64,000 bases of DNA from Trypanosoma brucei. Lineage: Eukaryota. The notes beneath the pieces are model-generated. The model saw only the letters and a program-made list of their open reading frames with translations, was not told the origin of the DNA and made no database searches. Positions 42,163 through 51,845 of the stretch are shown piece by piece. Location of the stretch: contig CP000066.1 of the NCBI GenBank assembly GCA_000002445.1, positions 352,001-416,000 of the forward strand, read 5' to 3'. The first letter of the stretch is position 1. Each line of letters starts with the position of its first letter. The position numbers and the translations under genes are program-made.

Positions 42163-43263
42163 TTAATTTTTGGCATTGCCAATTTTCCTGTTTGACTCTT
42201 CAAACTCTTTTTGTAGCTTTTCAATGGCATCTGCGAGCGTTCTCTTATCATTCTCGTAGTCTTTCAGATCCCTCATTTCGTTGAAAACTTTTAACAACTC
42301 CCTCATCCACGGTATATTCTTAATATCTCTGTTCCTACCCCTAACCACGTAGCGCACACGGTGACCTGCGAGACTGTGTGCCATGATCGGATAGCGCCAA
42401 AAGCTGAATCCAACCCCACCCCCCAAAGTATATGCCGTCCCTCTGCATTCATCTTCACCGCCGTACGTAGCCTTGCGAAAGTTGTCCACCAGTTTGTTAA
42501 ACCCTTCTTGTGGGCCTTCCATACTTGAGCACTGCTTTTTAAGGAAGTGCCATCTTCCAGTTGCATTCTTATTTGTTTCCCACATACCTTCATTTTGATT
42601 CCTAACACACTCTTTGCAGCAAAGATGGGCTTTCCATCCCAAATTCATACGAGGCGCGCACAAACACAACAAATCCCTACTCAATGATACGGACGCTTTA
42701 AGCTTTTGTGAACGTGAGAGTTGCTGCTCACATACCTGTCTCCTGTCGGAACTGCGTGCTTTAATTTCTTGTGGTCGATATGGAACACCATACAGCGCGC
42801 GATTAATACCTTTTTCGAGATCACTTGCTTTCAAAACCCATCTCCGATTTTTGGTTATATTTTGGAATATCTGCGCAACGGAAAGAACCTTTTTTCTAAT
42901 CTCCACCACTTCACGTTCGGACAATCCTCCTACCGAAAGTAGGGTTGTATTTCCCCTAGTTGCCAATTCTTTTTTCGATTCATTCCAAAACACTTTGTGG
43001 AGTGCACAGTTTCTTTTCCCCGCGCCTTCGCAAGTTTTGTTCAAATCCCTGTCTCCACTCATTTCCAAATACATTGCTCCAATTCGAGCCGCCCCTTTAG
43101 TGATTTCCTGTGCTTCTTTCATCTTTCCAAGTGCTGCTTCTGCCAAATTTATCATGCCACACAATGTCTTAAACTCATTCCCGTTAACCAGCCATTCCGA
43201 ACCCGAGACAGTTGCCGGGAATACCAGCGCAAGCAAAACAGTGCAAAGATTTATAGCGCGCAT
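42163..43263 (-). CDS. surface/secreted protein B, copy 2 (366 aa). Identical to copy 1 except for a ~90-aa mosaic patch and a 5-aa patch near the mature N-terminus.
   Basis: Same frame, length and termini as copy 1. The differences are confined to residues ~210-300 and ~22-27. Confidence 0.7.
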   Translation of the reverse strand: MRAINLCTVLLALVFPATVSGSEWLVNGNEFKTLCGMINLAEAALGKMKEAQEITKGAARIGAMYLEMSGDRDLNKTCEGAGKRNCALHKVFWNESKKELATRGNTTLLSVGGLSEREVVEIRKKVLSVAQIFQNITKNRRWVLKASDLEKGINRALYGVPYRPQEIKARSSDRRQVCEQQLSRSQKLKASVSLSRDLLCLCAPRMNLGWKAHLCCKECVRNQNEGMWETNKNATGRWHFLKKQCSSMEGPQEGFNKLVDNFRKATYGGEDECRGTAYTLGGGVGFSFWRYPIMAHSLAGHRVRYVVRGRNRDIKNIPWMRELLKVFNEMRDLKDYENDKRTLADAIEKLQKEFEESNRKIGNAKN

Positions 43264-44342
43264 TCTCTCCCTTCACTTCAATCAACAACTTCACCTCTTA
43301 AAAATACACAAGAAGATCATATAAAAATGCGAATGCATACCCCACATGCACCTTTGAATAAGTTATAGGAGTTGATAGAAAGGTAAATATACTACAAGTC
43401 AAATACCAACATTTGATGGATGTGCTTCTAAAAGTAAAAAAAGACTTAAGTAGTGTTAGATGGCAGTTTACAAAAGTGGAGGTAAGTGTCCTTGGTGCCA
43501 AATCGACGCATGCTCTGGCATTTCATTTGGACCTTGATTTCTGCTGTAGGGAGGTTGCATCACTTCCGTAAATCTTGGGCTTATCCACTGTAGAAATAAC
43601 CTATGACACTTTATACTTCCGAAGAATTAACTTTTGTTTGTTTTTTCCCTTTATGCTAGTTGTTCCAGCCATTGCTCGACGTCTTCTATAAACTGAAGTT
43701 TACAGTTGGTGGAGTCGAGTCATTAAAAGGTTATTGAGATGTAATAATACTCTGTAGCGTGAAGCATCATCATTGAATATGAAATGAACTTCCCCAACAA
43801 CATCGACCATCTGACGCAACGCCACACACTTCACTCGAGTGCACCCCTTCACCCTCCACTTACTATCATAACGGGCGCACAAAAACAAAGACTGCAACCA
43901 AAGCCTGTCAGAACCATGATTTACGAAAATCATAAAACAGAAACTTCCACGGATAAGTTAGCATACGGCATTTACGTCTGAGCCGTCTGCCTTCGAAACT
44001 GAATATCAGCTTCCGATCTCACACAAAAACTTGGCATAAGTTTCCTGTACCAGCAGGAGCCACACAAAAATATAACAAATGCACATAAACAAAACCTCCT
44101 TCCTCCCCCTCCAGCTTTTTATTATAAATCACAATCATGTTAATATATGTAAGTATCTGCCACCACAGCGAAAACTAAAAATGTTTACATTACACCTCGC
44201 ACACCCCCCATTATATTTTATGCCATCCAAAGGGAAGCACATATTGAAACAGAAACATTTGATTAATTTTTCCGACGGTATTAAAAAAACCCATGTATCT
44301 TATCATAAATATAATAGTTTTAATATTTATATGCATATATTT

Positions 44343-45440
44343 TTAATTTAAGAGCAGTAAAAGAAGTATTTTTAAAGGGTTAGGGTTAGGGTTCCCATTT
44401 ACTGACCAAAGTGGTCGTGTTTGTGGTTCTGCGGATGTATTAGTTCCGCTTTCATTCATTAGTGGATCTTCTAGATTATATTCAGTGTTATTACCATCAT
44501 TGTGCTTGTAATTAATATTATCATTATCATTATTATTGTTATTATCATCATTAGTGCGAATGCCTTCGTTAATCTTTCGGTCCGTTGAAGGTGCGGCATC
44601 TCCAACTCCATTTGGAACGGTTTCGACGTCGTTTTCACTCGTGCCCAAATTGGTTCGTGTATCATTCGGTATTTTCTCGGCAAGTTCTTCAAGATGCTTT
44701 AACCAGGGGATGCTATGGTTGGTGAGTGTGCCGGAAGTGATGTTATACATCAAACACACCGAATTACCCTTTCCAGTGGTTGCTGAGCATTGCTTCACTT
44801 CTGTTGCCTGATGACCCCCGAGTCGTATGTTTTGATCTGATTCCCTTCCCTTCTTTTCTGTCGCTGTTCTCAGTACTGCTTGAACTTTTTCCTTTAAGTG
44901 GTATAATTGATTTTGTATATGTTGCTCCCGTTTCGGAAGTTGGTTACAATGCAACCTTATTTTCTCCCAATGCTGCTTAGCTTGCTCTTTATTGCTCCAC
45001 ACCTCACCGCCCTTGTACCACTTGTTACCGCTAAAACACAGATCTTCTGCACCAGCCCCGTTTTGGCCCTGCCTTCTGTGGGGTTTACATAGACACAAAA
45101 TATCCTTTATTAAGCTTTTCCCCGCATATTTGTGGGCTCGATTTTGCCTGTCCCCGCAGTAATCTTTCCTGTCGTTTTCGCCTTCGAAACCAATTTCGGT
45201 GCTGCCTTTGTTGCCGTACAAAATGGTATTCACGGACTCGTTAACACTTTCAGGTTTCAATCCTCCAAGTGTTGGCTTTCCTTCACTCGCCAATTTCTGT
45301 ATTTCAAACGTCAGATTGACAAATCCACATAATGTTTTAAACTCGTTTTCATTCAATATTTGTGAACCCTTCTTTCCTGCTTTTGAACTTTCCACTGTCC
45401 CAGTCAACAATACGACAATAAATGAGAAATATATCCGCAT
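44343..45440 (-). CDS. surface protein A, right-arm copy. The 365-aa protein is 100% identical to 22532-23629.
   Basis: Identical translation in the ORF track. Confidence 0.7.
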   Translation of the reverse strand: MRIYFSFIVVLLTGTVESSKAGKKGSQILNENEFKTLCGFVNLTFEIQKLASEGKPTLGGLKPESVNESVNTILYGNKGSTEIGFEGENDRKDYCGDRQNRAHKYAGKSLIKDILCLCKPHRRQGQNGAGAEDLCFSGNKWYKGGEVWSNKEQAKQHWEKIRLHCNQLPKREQHIQNQLYHLKEKVQAVLRTATEKKGRESDQNIRLGGHQATEVKQCSATTGKGNSVCLMYNITSGTLTNHSIPWLKHLEELAEKIPNDTRTNLGTSENDVETVPNGVGDAAPSTDRKINEGIRTNDDNNNNNDNDNINYKHNDGNNTEYNLEDPLMNESGTNTSAEPQTRPLWSVNGNPNPNPLKILLLLLLN

Positions 45441-46621
45441 CCTTTATTTCTTTTGTCCTTTTTCGAAAAATCAAAAGTAAAAGCACAGACACACCAATTT
45501 CATAATACAAAGAAGAAAGTAAGCCAAGTTACCGATGGTGGCCTTTATTACGGAAACTAAAGTTTCCACCAGCACCGCATGTAACTTAAGCGTAATTTTT
45601 CCATTCCCCTCACAAGGGGAATCACCAATAACCAAACACACTCATTTACGCATAATATAATCTACTTCAGCATAAATGTGCAAAAATTCAATCCGTTTAT
45701 TCACTATCATTTGCACCTCCAGCACTTCGCCTAATGGGCAAACATATTCAACAACTAATAATGGTAATGCGTTTGTAGGTGACGTTTGTAAGAGTGACAT
45801 ATTATTGTACCATAATATAAAAAAAACGTGTTTTCAAGCAGATCAAAATCTATTGTGGAGAAATCTTGTGGACAACACTTTACAAATGGGGGACAACCAA
45901 CTACTATCAAAAGAATTAAAGCCCATGGAGGATATGCTACACATAATTTCATAAGAGGTACACAACATCAAGGAGGCAAAGCGATCAAATGTATGCATCC
46001 CCGTATTGAAAAGTTAAAAAAAATTAGCGGTATCAACTACAATCGAGAATAACAAAAACAACAACAAAAACATCACATCACATCGTCCCATCATTACCTT
46101 GTTTTATTGCGTTTCCCAATTATGTTTCACATTATTCTGAAAAGAATTTGCTAAAATACCTCCCCTCCCCTCCTTGCACAAAACAGTGATGAAGTTGCGG
46201 ATGCGGATAAAAGGGAATAGTGCCCAACTTTATACACATGCAACAACATGAACATTGCAACTCGAAAACCTTGTTTCTTATCGAAGGGACATGTACATGT
46301 TTGGCATGAAACAAATCGTGAAATAGCAACTAGAAACAACCCACAATGGATAAACCTTAAAATAAAATAAGTAATGAAGTAAAAGCAATAAAGAGAAGTG
46401 GTGTCACCAAATGTAAAGGGAGGGGGGGACAGACTCTCCTTTTTTGATACTGATGTATCTGTTTCATCTTCTCATTTGCTTACTGTAAGGATTATTCTTT
46501 TCATGAGGTTGGTCTTACTCCCAAACGTGTGCCTAACTAGGTTGCCGAGCTAACTTCCTTTATTGCTTGTTCCGCTTTTCAATCCACAATTTCCTCTTCA
46601 GCTGCCAGCTCACTTGATGTT

Positions 46622-47161
46622 TTATTGCGATTCCCGTTCCTCCGCATTCTTAATGCTTCTTTCCTTTTCTTCAGTCCAACCATTTGCTTCTATCATTTGT
46701 TGCGACAGACAACTACACGGGTATGTGGTAAAATCACGCGGGGATTGTTTGGCACATTCCTCTAAAGCAGTCCACATGCTTTTTGACACGTTGTTGACAC
46801 AACACCAAGTGTTTTTATCCCGTACCTTCTCAGCACAGCACATCAAATCGTCCCGCCACCGTGGGAGTAATTGCTCACATGTGGGTACTCGAAAATCATC
46901 ATCATCATCATCATTATCATCTTCATCACTTTTGGATGCCGCAACAATCGCAAACACTAGCACAAAAACCGTCTTTTTCATTACATGGCCAATTATATAA
47001 CTCATTTTGCCTACACACTGAGATGCACTTTCAAAAAGACGAAGGCTTGTGATTGGAGGAGGAGGAGGAGAAGACTCAAAAATTAAAGAGAGAAAATATG
47101 CAAAGAAGACCATCCGGTGGTAACTCAACATGGATTTTTTCCGGCATATTATGTGCGGCAA
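46622..47161 (-). CDS. small Cys-rich acidic secreted protein, right-arm copy. Its poly-Asp tract is 3 residues longer than the left copy and it reads PPPP where the left copy reads PSPPP.
   Basis: Mirror ORF. It differs only by a GAT-repeat length change and one substitution. Confidence 0.45.
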   Translation of the reverse strand: MPHIICRKKSMLSYHRMVFFAYFLSLIFESSPPPPPITSLRLFESASQCVGKMSYIIGHVMKKTVFVLVFAIVAASKSDEDDNDDDDDDFRVPTCEQLLPRWRDDLMCCAEKVRDKNTWCCVNNVSKSMWTALEECAKQSPRDFTTYPCSCLSQQMIEANGWTEEKERSIKNAEERESQ

Positions 47162-47957
47162 CTCTCCCTCTCTCTCTCTCTGTCATATATATATAAATCC
47201 ACGGAGTTCCCTTCAAGCCAACAAACTTGCCAAATGGAAGGTTGCCATCAAAGTGAAGAGATGAGTGAGTATCAAAAAAGAAAAAAGAAAATACAACTTG
47301 AAAGGAAGCAAACGCTCCTCTTGAAGGGAAAATCGGGGAAGATAAAAAAGAACTCACAGGAACCAACAGGTAACTCTCGGACTCCGAATACATTTAAGTA
47401 GAATTAATAACCATCGTAAAGTGTGACCGCGAGAAAATCAGCGCATAACAAATATTACTTGTGCTCAACGGAAAATATTCTTTCGGCATAACAGTTCGCT
47501 AGTATTTTAAAGCGAAGATGGAGGAGGTAAAAGAAAATTGTTCGATCAATGTATTTCGTGTTATTGTCGTGACTCGAACGAATCTTCGTCTTGGATGCAG
47601 CAAAGTGTTAGCTTCAACAGACCCAAAACCAACTAACTCACATGCGCCGAGGTGAAAGTCGTATGAGTGTGAACCGACAACGGTGGAATACAATTAAAAA
47701 AAAAGTGGATTTGCAACTGCCTTAACAACAACAAAAAAAAGATGTTTTGTAAACAAAATACCTGAGGCAGTTAACCCTCTTATGGGCCGTCAATTAAATA
47801 CCTACTTTCAACTACCACTTTTTAATTACAACAAAGCAAATTCGCCCAAACTAAATATTAGTAATGCACGAATATTCCAGAACGGAATCCGTTTCCTCCA
47901 CCCCCCCCCCTGGCTGTGGAAACTTCTCTCGCACTTAAAAACTTTTGCACTACTTGT

Positions 47958-49247
47958 TCACTCATATGGAGCAATCGGATCATTTTTGAGACCCCGCTGC
48001 GCTCTACGGAAGAGCGGCGTTAAGCAAATGCCCGCCCACACAACAAAAACAGCGCAGATTGTCCAAAATGGTATGAGTGTGCTGCCCTCGCCAGTCATAA
48101 ACGGAACTTTTAAGTTCATACCGAACAAAGATACGACAAGGTTGATGGGAAGAGAAACAGCAGCAACACTGTTCAGAATATTCATCTTGAAGTCGAGTCC
48201 TGCGGACGCCTGCGACATGCGCATAGAAACACCCGTAATGAAGTTCAGGTTTGCATGATTTAACATATCACGAGCATCATCCAGCTTCTCTGAAACCTTT
48301 TGGACTCTTGCCAGTATTTCCTTGTAGGCCACAGCACTCGGGTGACTCTTAGAAACGAACGTTAAACGCATTGCTGGTGAAATAAGCTGGTGAATCAGTT
48401 TTTCCTTCAGGAACAATGCTGTTCGAAAACTAGAAATACGGCGCCGTAACAACGCTACACGACGGAGGAGGTCTGTCTGATCCTGCTCACCAGGCGAAAT
48501 CAGAAAGACCATTTCATTAATATCACCAACCTCACTCAGCAGCGAGGCAGGTGCTGGAAAGGAGGCCTCACAAGTGAAACACACGAGAGTACATAGGGCA
48601 TCTGTTCCCATAGCAACAGGAACAAAAGAAGAACGATGTGACGAAGGATCCTTCACAATGCCAACAACCGAATCCTCGCATTCACGGCTATGTCTCTCCG
48701 CTTCACTTCCATTACATTTGAGAACATGACGAAATAACTCCGCGAGACCGGCAAACGGTGCTGTATGCAGCGTCAGTAGTACACGCTCACTACACACAAA
48801 CGAGCACAAAACCCCTTCCTCGCAACCTAACTCAGTGCGCGACATAGCGGTTGCAGCAGGAAACGGTCCGCCGTGGCTCGGGGAACACGAAAGGCAGCCA
48901 ACAACATACTCACCTTCCGTAGGTTGCAACTCCACCACGTCGTACATATCATTTGCAAGCACAGCCTCCACGTGACTCGGCTGCATGTTTGGGTAAAGCA
49001 GCTGTAAAACTTGCCGATGCTCTTCTTCACTGCACTTCTGCATGTCCACCCATAAACCACACAGTGCAATTCCCGGTAAGTTGTTGCGTAAGAAAACTAG
49101 TGCATCTGCAGCAGATTCCAAAGCACATGTTTGTAGTGACATGCGCCCTGCAGTCTGCCATGTAACGACACAAAGGCACCCGTCACGTCCCACTGGTGTG
49201 GTTACGGGAGGTGAAGCCTCTCCTTTAGTGGCACACGGCATTGCCAC
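47958..49247 (-). CDS. CorA/MRS2-family magnesium transporter-like protein (GMN motif), paralog 2 (429 aa)
   Basis: The N-terminal 176 aa are identical to paralog 1. The C-terminal ~250 aa are divergent but homologous. ...VVSLFGMNLKVPF... is followed by a TM helix. Confidence 0.7.
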   Translation of the reverse strand: MAMPCATKGEASPPVTTPVGRDGCLCVVTWQTAGRMSLQTCALESAADALVFLRNNLPGIALCGLWVDMQKCSEEEHRQVLQLLYPNMQPSHVEAVLANDMYDVVELQPTEGEYVVGCLSCSPSHGGPFPAATAMSRTELGCEEGVLCSFVCSERVLLTLHTAPFAGLAELFRHVLKCNGSEAERHSRECEDSVVGIVKDPSSHRSSFVPVAMGTDALCTLVCFTCEASFPAPASLLSEVGDINEMVFLISPGEQDQTDLLRRVALLRRRISSFRTALFLKEKLIHQLISPAMRLTFVSKSHPSAVAYKEILARVQKVSEKLDDARDMLNHANLNFITGVSMRMSQASAGLDFKMNILNSVAAVSLPINLVVSLFGMNLKVPFMTGEGSTLIPFWTICAVFVVWAGICLTPLFRRAQRGLKNDPIAPYE

Positions 49248-49505
49248 AACGTATGAATCTGCACGTACCTAATCAGTGTCTTCGTACTTGTGGTAAGTTT
49301 CACACCTTCAGTACCACTTGTTGTGTTTGAAGAAAGTAAATGGCTTACGATTACTTACTTAAACACTTCCAACTCACAGAGAAATTAGGAAAAGGTGGGC
49401 GGGACACACATACGCTGGCGCTTGACGCAATGGAAACATTGGCCGCTACAAGCGTCGCGATACATCACATGCAATCAATCGCCCAAAAGAAGAAATGATG
49501 GAAAG

Positions 49506-49536
<31 letters not shown>

Positions 49537-49722
49537 CGCACACAAGAACTCATTGAGGAAGTGATTGACTGACATAATTGTGAAAGGGGCAAATGATACA
49601 ATTAAGAGTGCCCGTTGCAGGGACAACTTCGTCACCTCCCAACAGTTTACATGATGGCATCTCCACATGGTAACCGAAGGCAGCGAGGCGGGACACGTGT
49701 TGTAACCCTCTCACATTTACAT

Positions 49723-50631
49723 TTATGTTGACCTTCTAGCAACTGTTGAAGTAATGATGTACCAACCGGCGATACCCCCGCAATAGGCACCGCCGTACAC
49801 CAAACGTTTAAGCCATGTTTTCTCTTGGAGAAAGTCAAAAGTTGGAGGCCCAATAAAGTTGCAGAGTGCATGAGTGACTATAGTGGAAGGTAAGTTCCTC
49901 TTTCCAACAACAACATAGCAATACCCGGTGAGCAAACCACAGGCAAATGTGCAGAGGTACAAACCAGGAAGTTTTTTTGCTGCACGTCTCCAGCACACTA
50001 GTTGTTTCCCGGGTTGAAGCTCATTATTTCCCATTATATAACGATATTCCCAAGCCACAGAGGGAAAGATATGGTGCGTGTGTGATATAGCAAACAGTAC
50101 TGACGATATGACTATAGATGACGTCACGGACCGTCGCTGAAGTAATATTTGAAGAAGCAGTGCGCGGAAAAAAATTTCTTCACCTGTTGGACAAATCACA
50201 TTGTCTCGAAGAAAAATTTCATCCGCGTCCTGTTGAAATAGAGCGATTCCCTTCTCTAACAGGGCTCCACTGAAGAGCGCGAGCGTGGCCAAGGCGGTGG
50301 ATACAGTAACGTGAAGGGCTCGCAACACATTGCCCTCTTGACAAAACAGAAAGTGGATTACAGCACTGGGACCAACAGATGTTTTATCGCGTGCTTCCTT
50401 GAAGAGAAGATACTCCAACACCAGCCAACTAACAGCAGTGGATCCAACAAAAGAAATAAGTCGCCTTCGAAATGTTGAGGGATCATTTCGGTCCAAATGT
50501 TCCGGCCCGCACTCCCATGCCTTTTCGATATCTTTCATGCAGAGAAGGGCAAAAGTCCGCTCCTTCCGCCATAAAAAGATGGTCCCAACAAACCCACCAC
50601 AAAGAAGAGTGCAGATGCCGACATCACTCAT
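49723..50631 (-). CDS. CPBP-family intramembrane metalloprotease (RCE1-like type II CAAX prenyl protease)
   Basis: Multi-TM protein with the three CPBP/Abi motifs in the canonical order: EEIFFRALL (EExxxR), LFAISHTHH (FxxxH), HALCNF (HxxxN). Confidence 0.75.
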   Translation of the reverse strand: MSDVGICTLLCGGFVGTIFLWRKERTFALLCMKDIEKAWECGPEHLDRNDPSTFRRRLISFVGSTAVSWLVLEYLLFKEARDKTSVGPSAVIHFLFCQEGNVLRALHVTVSTALATLALFSGALLEKGIALFQQDADEIFLRDNVICPTGEEIFFRALLLQILLQRRSVTSSIVISSVLFAISHTHHIFPSVAWEYRYIMGNNELQPGKQLVCWRRAAKKLPGLYLCTFACGLLTGYCYVVVGKRNLPSTIVTHALCNFIGPPTFDFLQEKTWLKRLVYGGAYCGGIAGWYIITSTVARRST

Positions 50632-51845
50632 CTATTGAAAACGTCCCCACAATGCCAACGTGCACAATTTCTTTTTTTTTTCAAAAAAAGAAAGAAAGGT
50701 ATGAATAACTCCGCTGAAGGGAATAATGGTTATCACATAGGAATTCAGGCGACCAGAAGCAAACTGAGTTGCGATGAAAAGAAGCGTACCTAAAAGGGGG
50801 AAAAACGGCACCCAAGAAAAATCCGCCCCGTACACGAAAGGAACTAATGGAAACCTCATGAGTGAGTGGTGTTCATTTAAAACTTCCTTCAGGGACGGTC
50901 ACATCACTCAGATGGAAGAAGACACAAGTTGGATAAAAACCCGCTTAGCGGCCATGCGAACAAATGACATCAGCACCTGCCGCTTTGTTGCACACGATTC
51001 ATACGTGCATCTTTAGTAGCGAGCTAACGAAAGAAATAGAAAGTCTGATATTAGTCGGAAATCATGCATCAAACACAGAAATTTTGGCTTCCCATCCATC
51101 CCATTTGTGTGTGTAGAGCCGCAATCGTTGCGCCACAGTTTATGCGGTGGGAAGGGGGAAATGGTTCTTTATTTTTTTTTAAAAAAGTAAAAAGTTATTT
51201 CTTGTGTCTCAGGCATCACGCGACAGAAATTCATCATTCGTGATGATGCAACAAAAAATTTTATGCACTGTTAACTTCACACTTGTCATCGTAGGCTTTA
51301 TAATGCACATCACAGTTCTCTACAGAAATACTTTGCTATTTGTTGTGGTACCAAGGTTAAAAAAAAAAAGAATGAAGCACCAGTTTAGTAGTCAGTGCTG
51401 AAGCTAATAGCAGACACGGAGGGGGGAAAAAAAAGGAAAATGCCACACGACTTGCGGTACACATACACGAGTAAACGCACACAATTATATTTGCAGGTAA
51501 AATAAAAGCGTACGTGAGGGGAGCGTTGCCGGTCGCAGATATGATTAATGAAGAAGCAACACACCTTTTTATCACTAATGTCAGAACGACTAGATATGTG
51601 CGGCGTTATGTGTATATAATGGCAACCATAATAAAAAGTAACGAATCGCAATATTAAACTACACAGAAGATATTCACAGTTCCACTTCGAACTGCTGCCC
51701 GGTGTGTCGGCAGTCAGGGAATTTTTTTTTTTTTTTATAGAAAAAAAAAGAAAACCAAATAAAAATAAATGCATTCCCACATCATCCTATTTGAACAAAT
51801 CAAGACAAAAAAAGAAAAAGAAAAAGAAAAAAGAAAAGAAAAACA

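Larger units (their letters stand above)
32805..43635. repeat. direct tandem duplication with a 6068-bp unit: copy 1 is 32805-38872 (complete), copy 2 is 38873-43635 (4.76 kb, truncated). Each copy carries one gene B.
   Basis: All ORFs in 33183-37432 recur at +6067 to +6069. The junctions were read directly (cgattaagtacctagc at 32805 and 38873). Divergence resumes after gaagaattaactttt at 37576/43635. Confidence 0.95.
44140..49707. repeat. Right arm of the inverted duplication (identical blocks 44140-47165 and 48721-49707; homeologous block 47166-48720)
   Basis: Reverse-complement match to the left arm. It contains mirror copies of gene A, the Cys-rich ORF and the CorA-like gene. Confidence 0.95.

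Noticed and set aside
17687-49707. Interpretation of the inverted repeat as a transposon with terminal inverted repeats or a retroelement
   Set aside because: The arms are 6 kb of ordinary cellular genes (transporter, surface protein). No transposase or reverse-transcriptase ORF, no target-site duplication. It is better explained as segmental inverted duplication with gene conversion.
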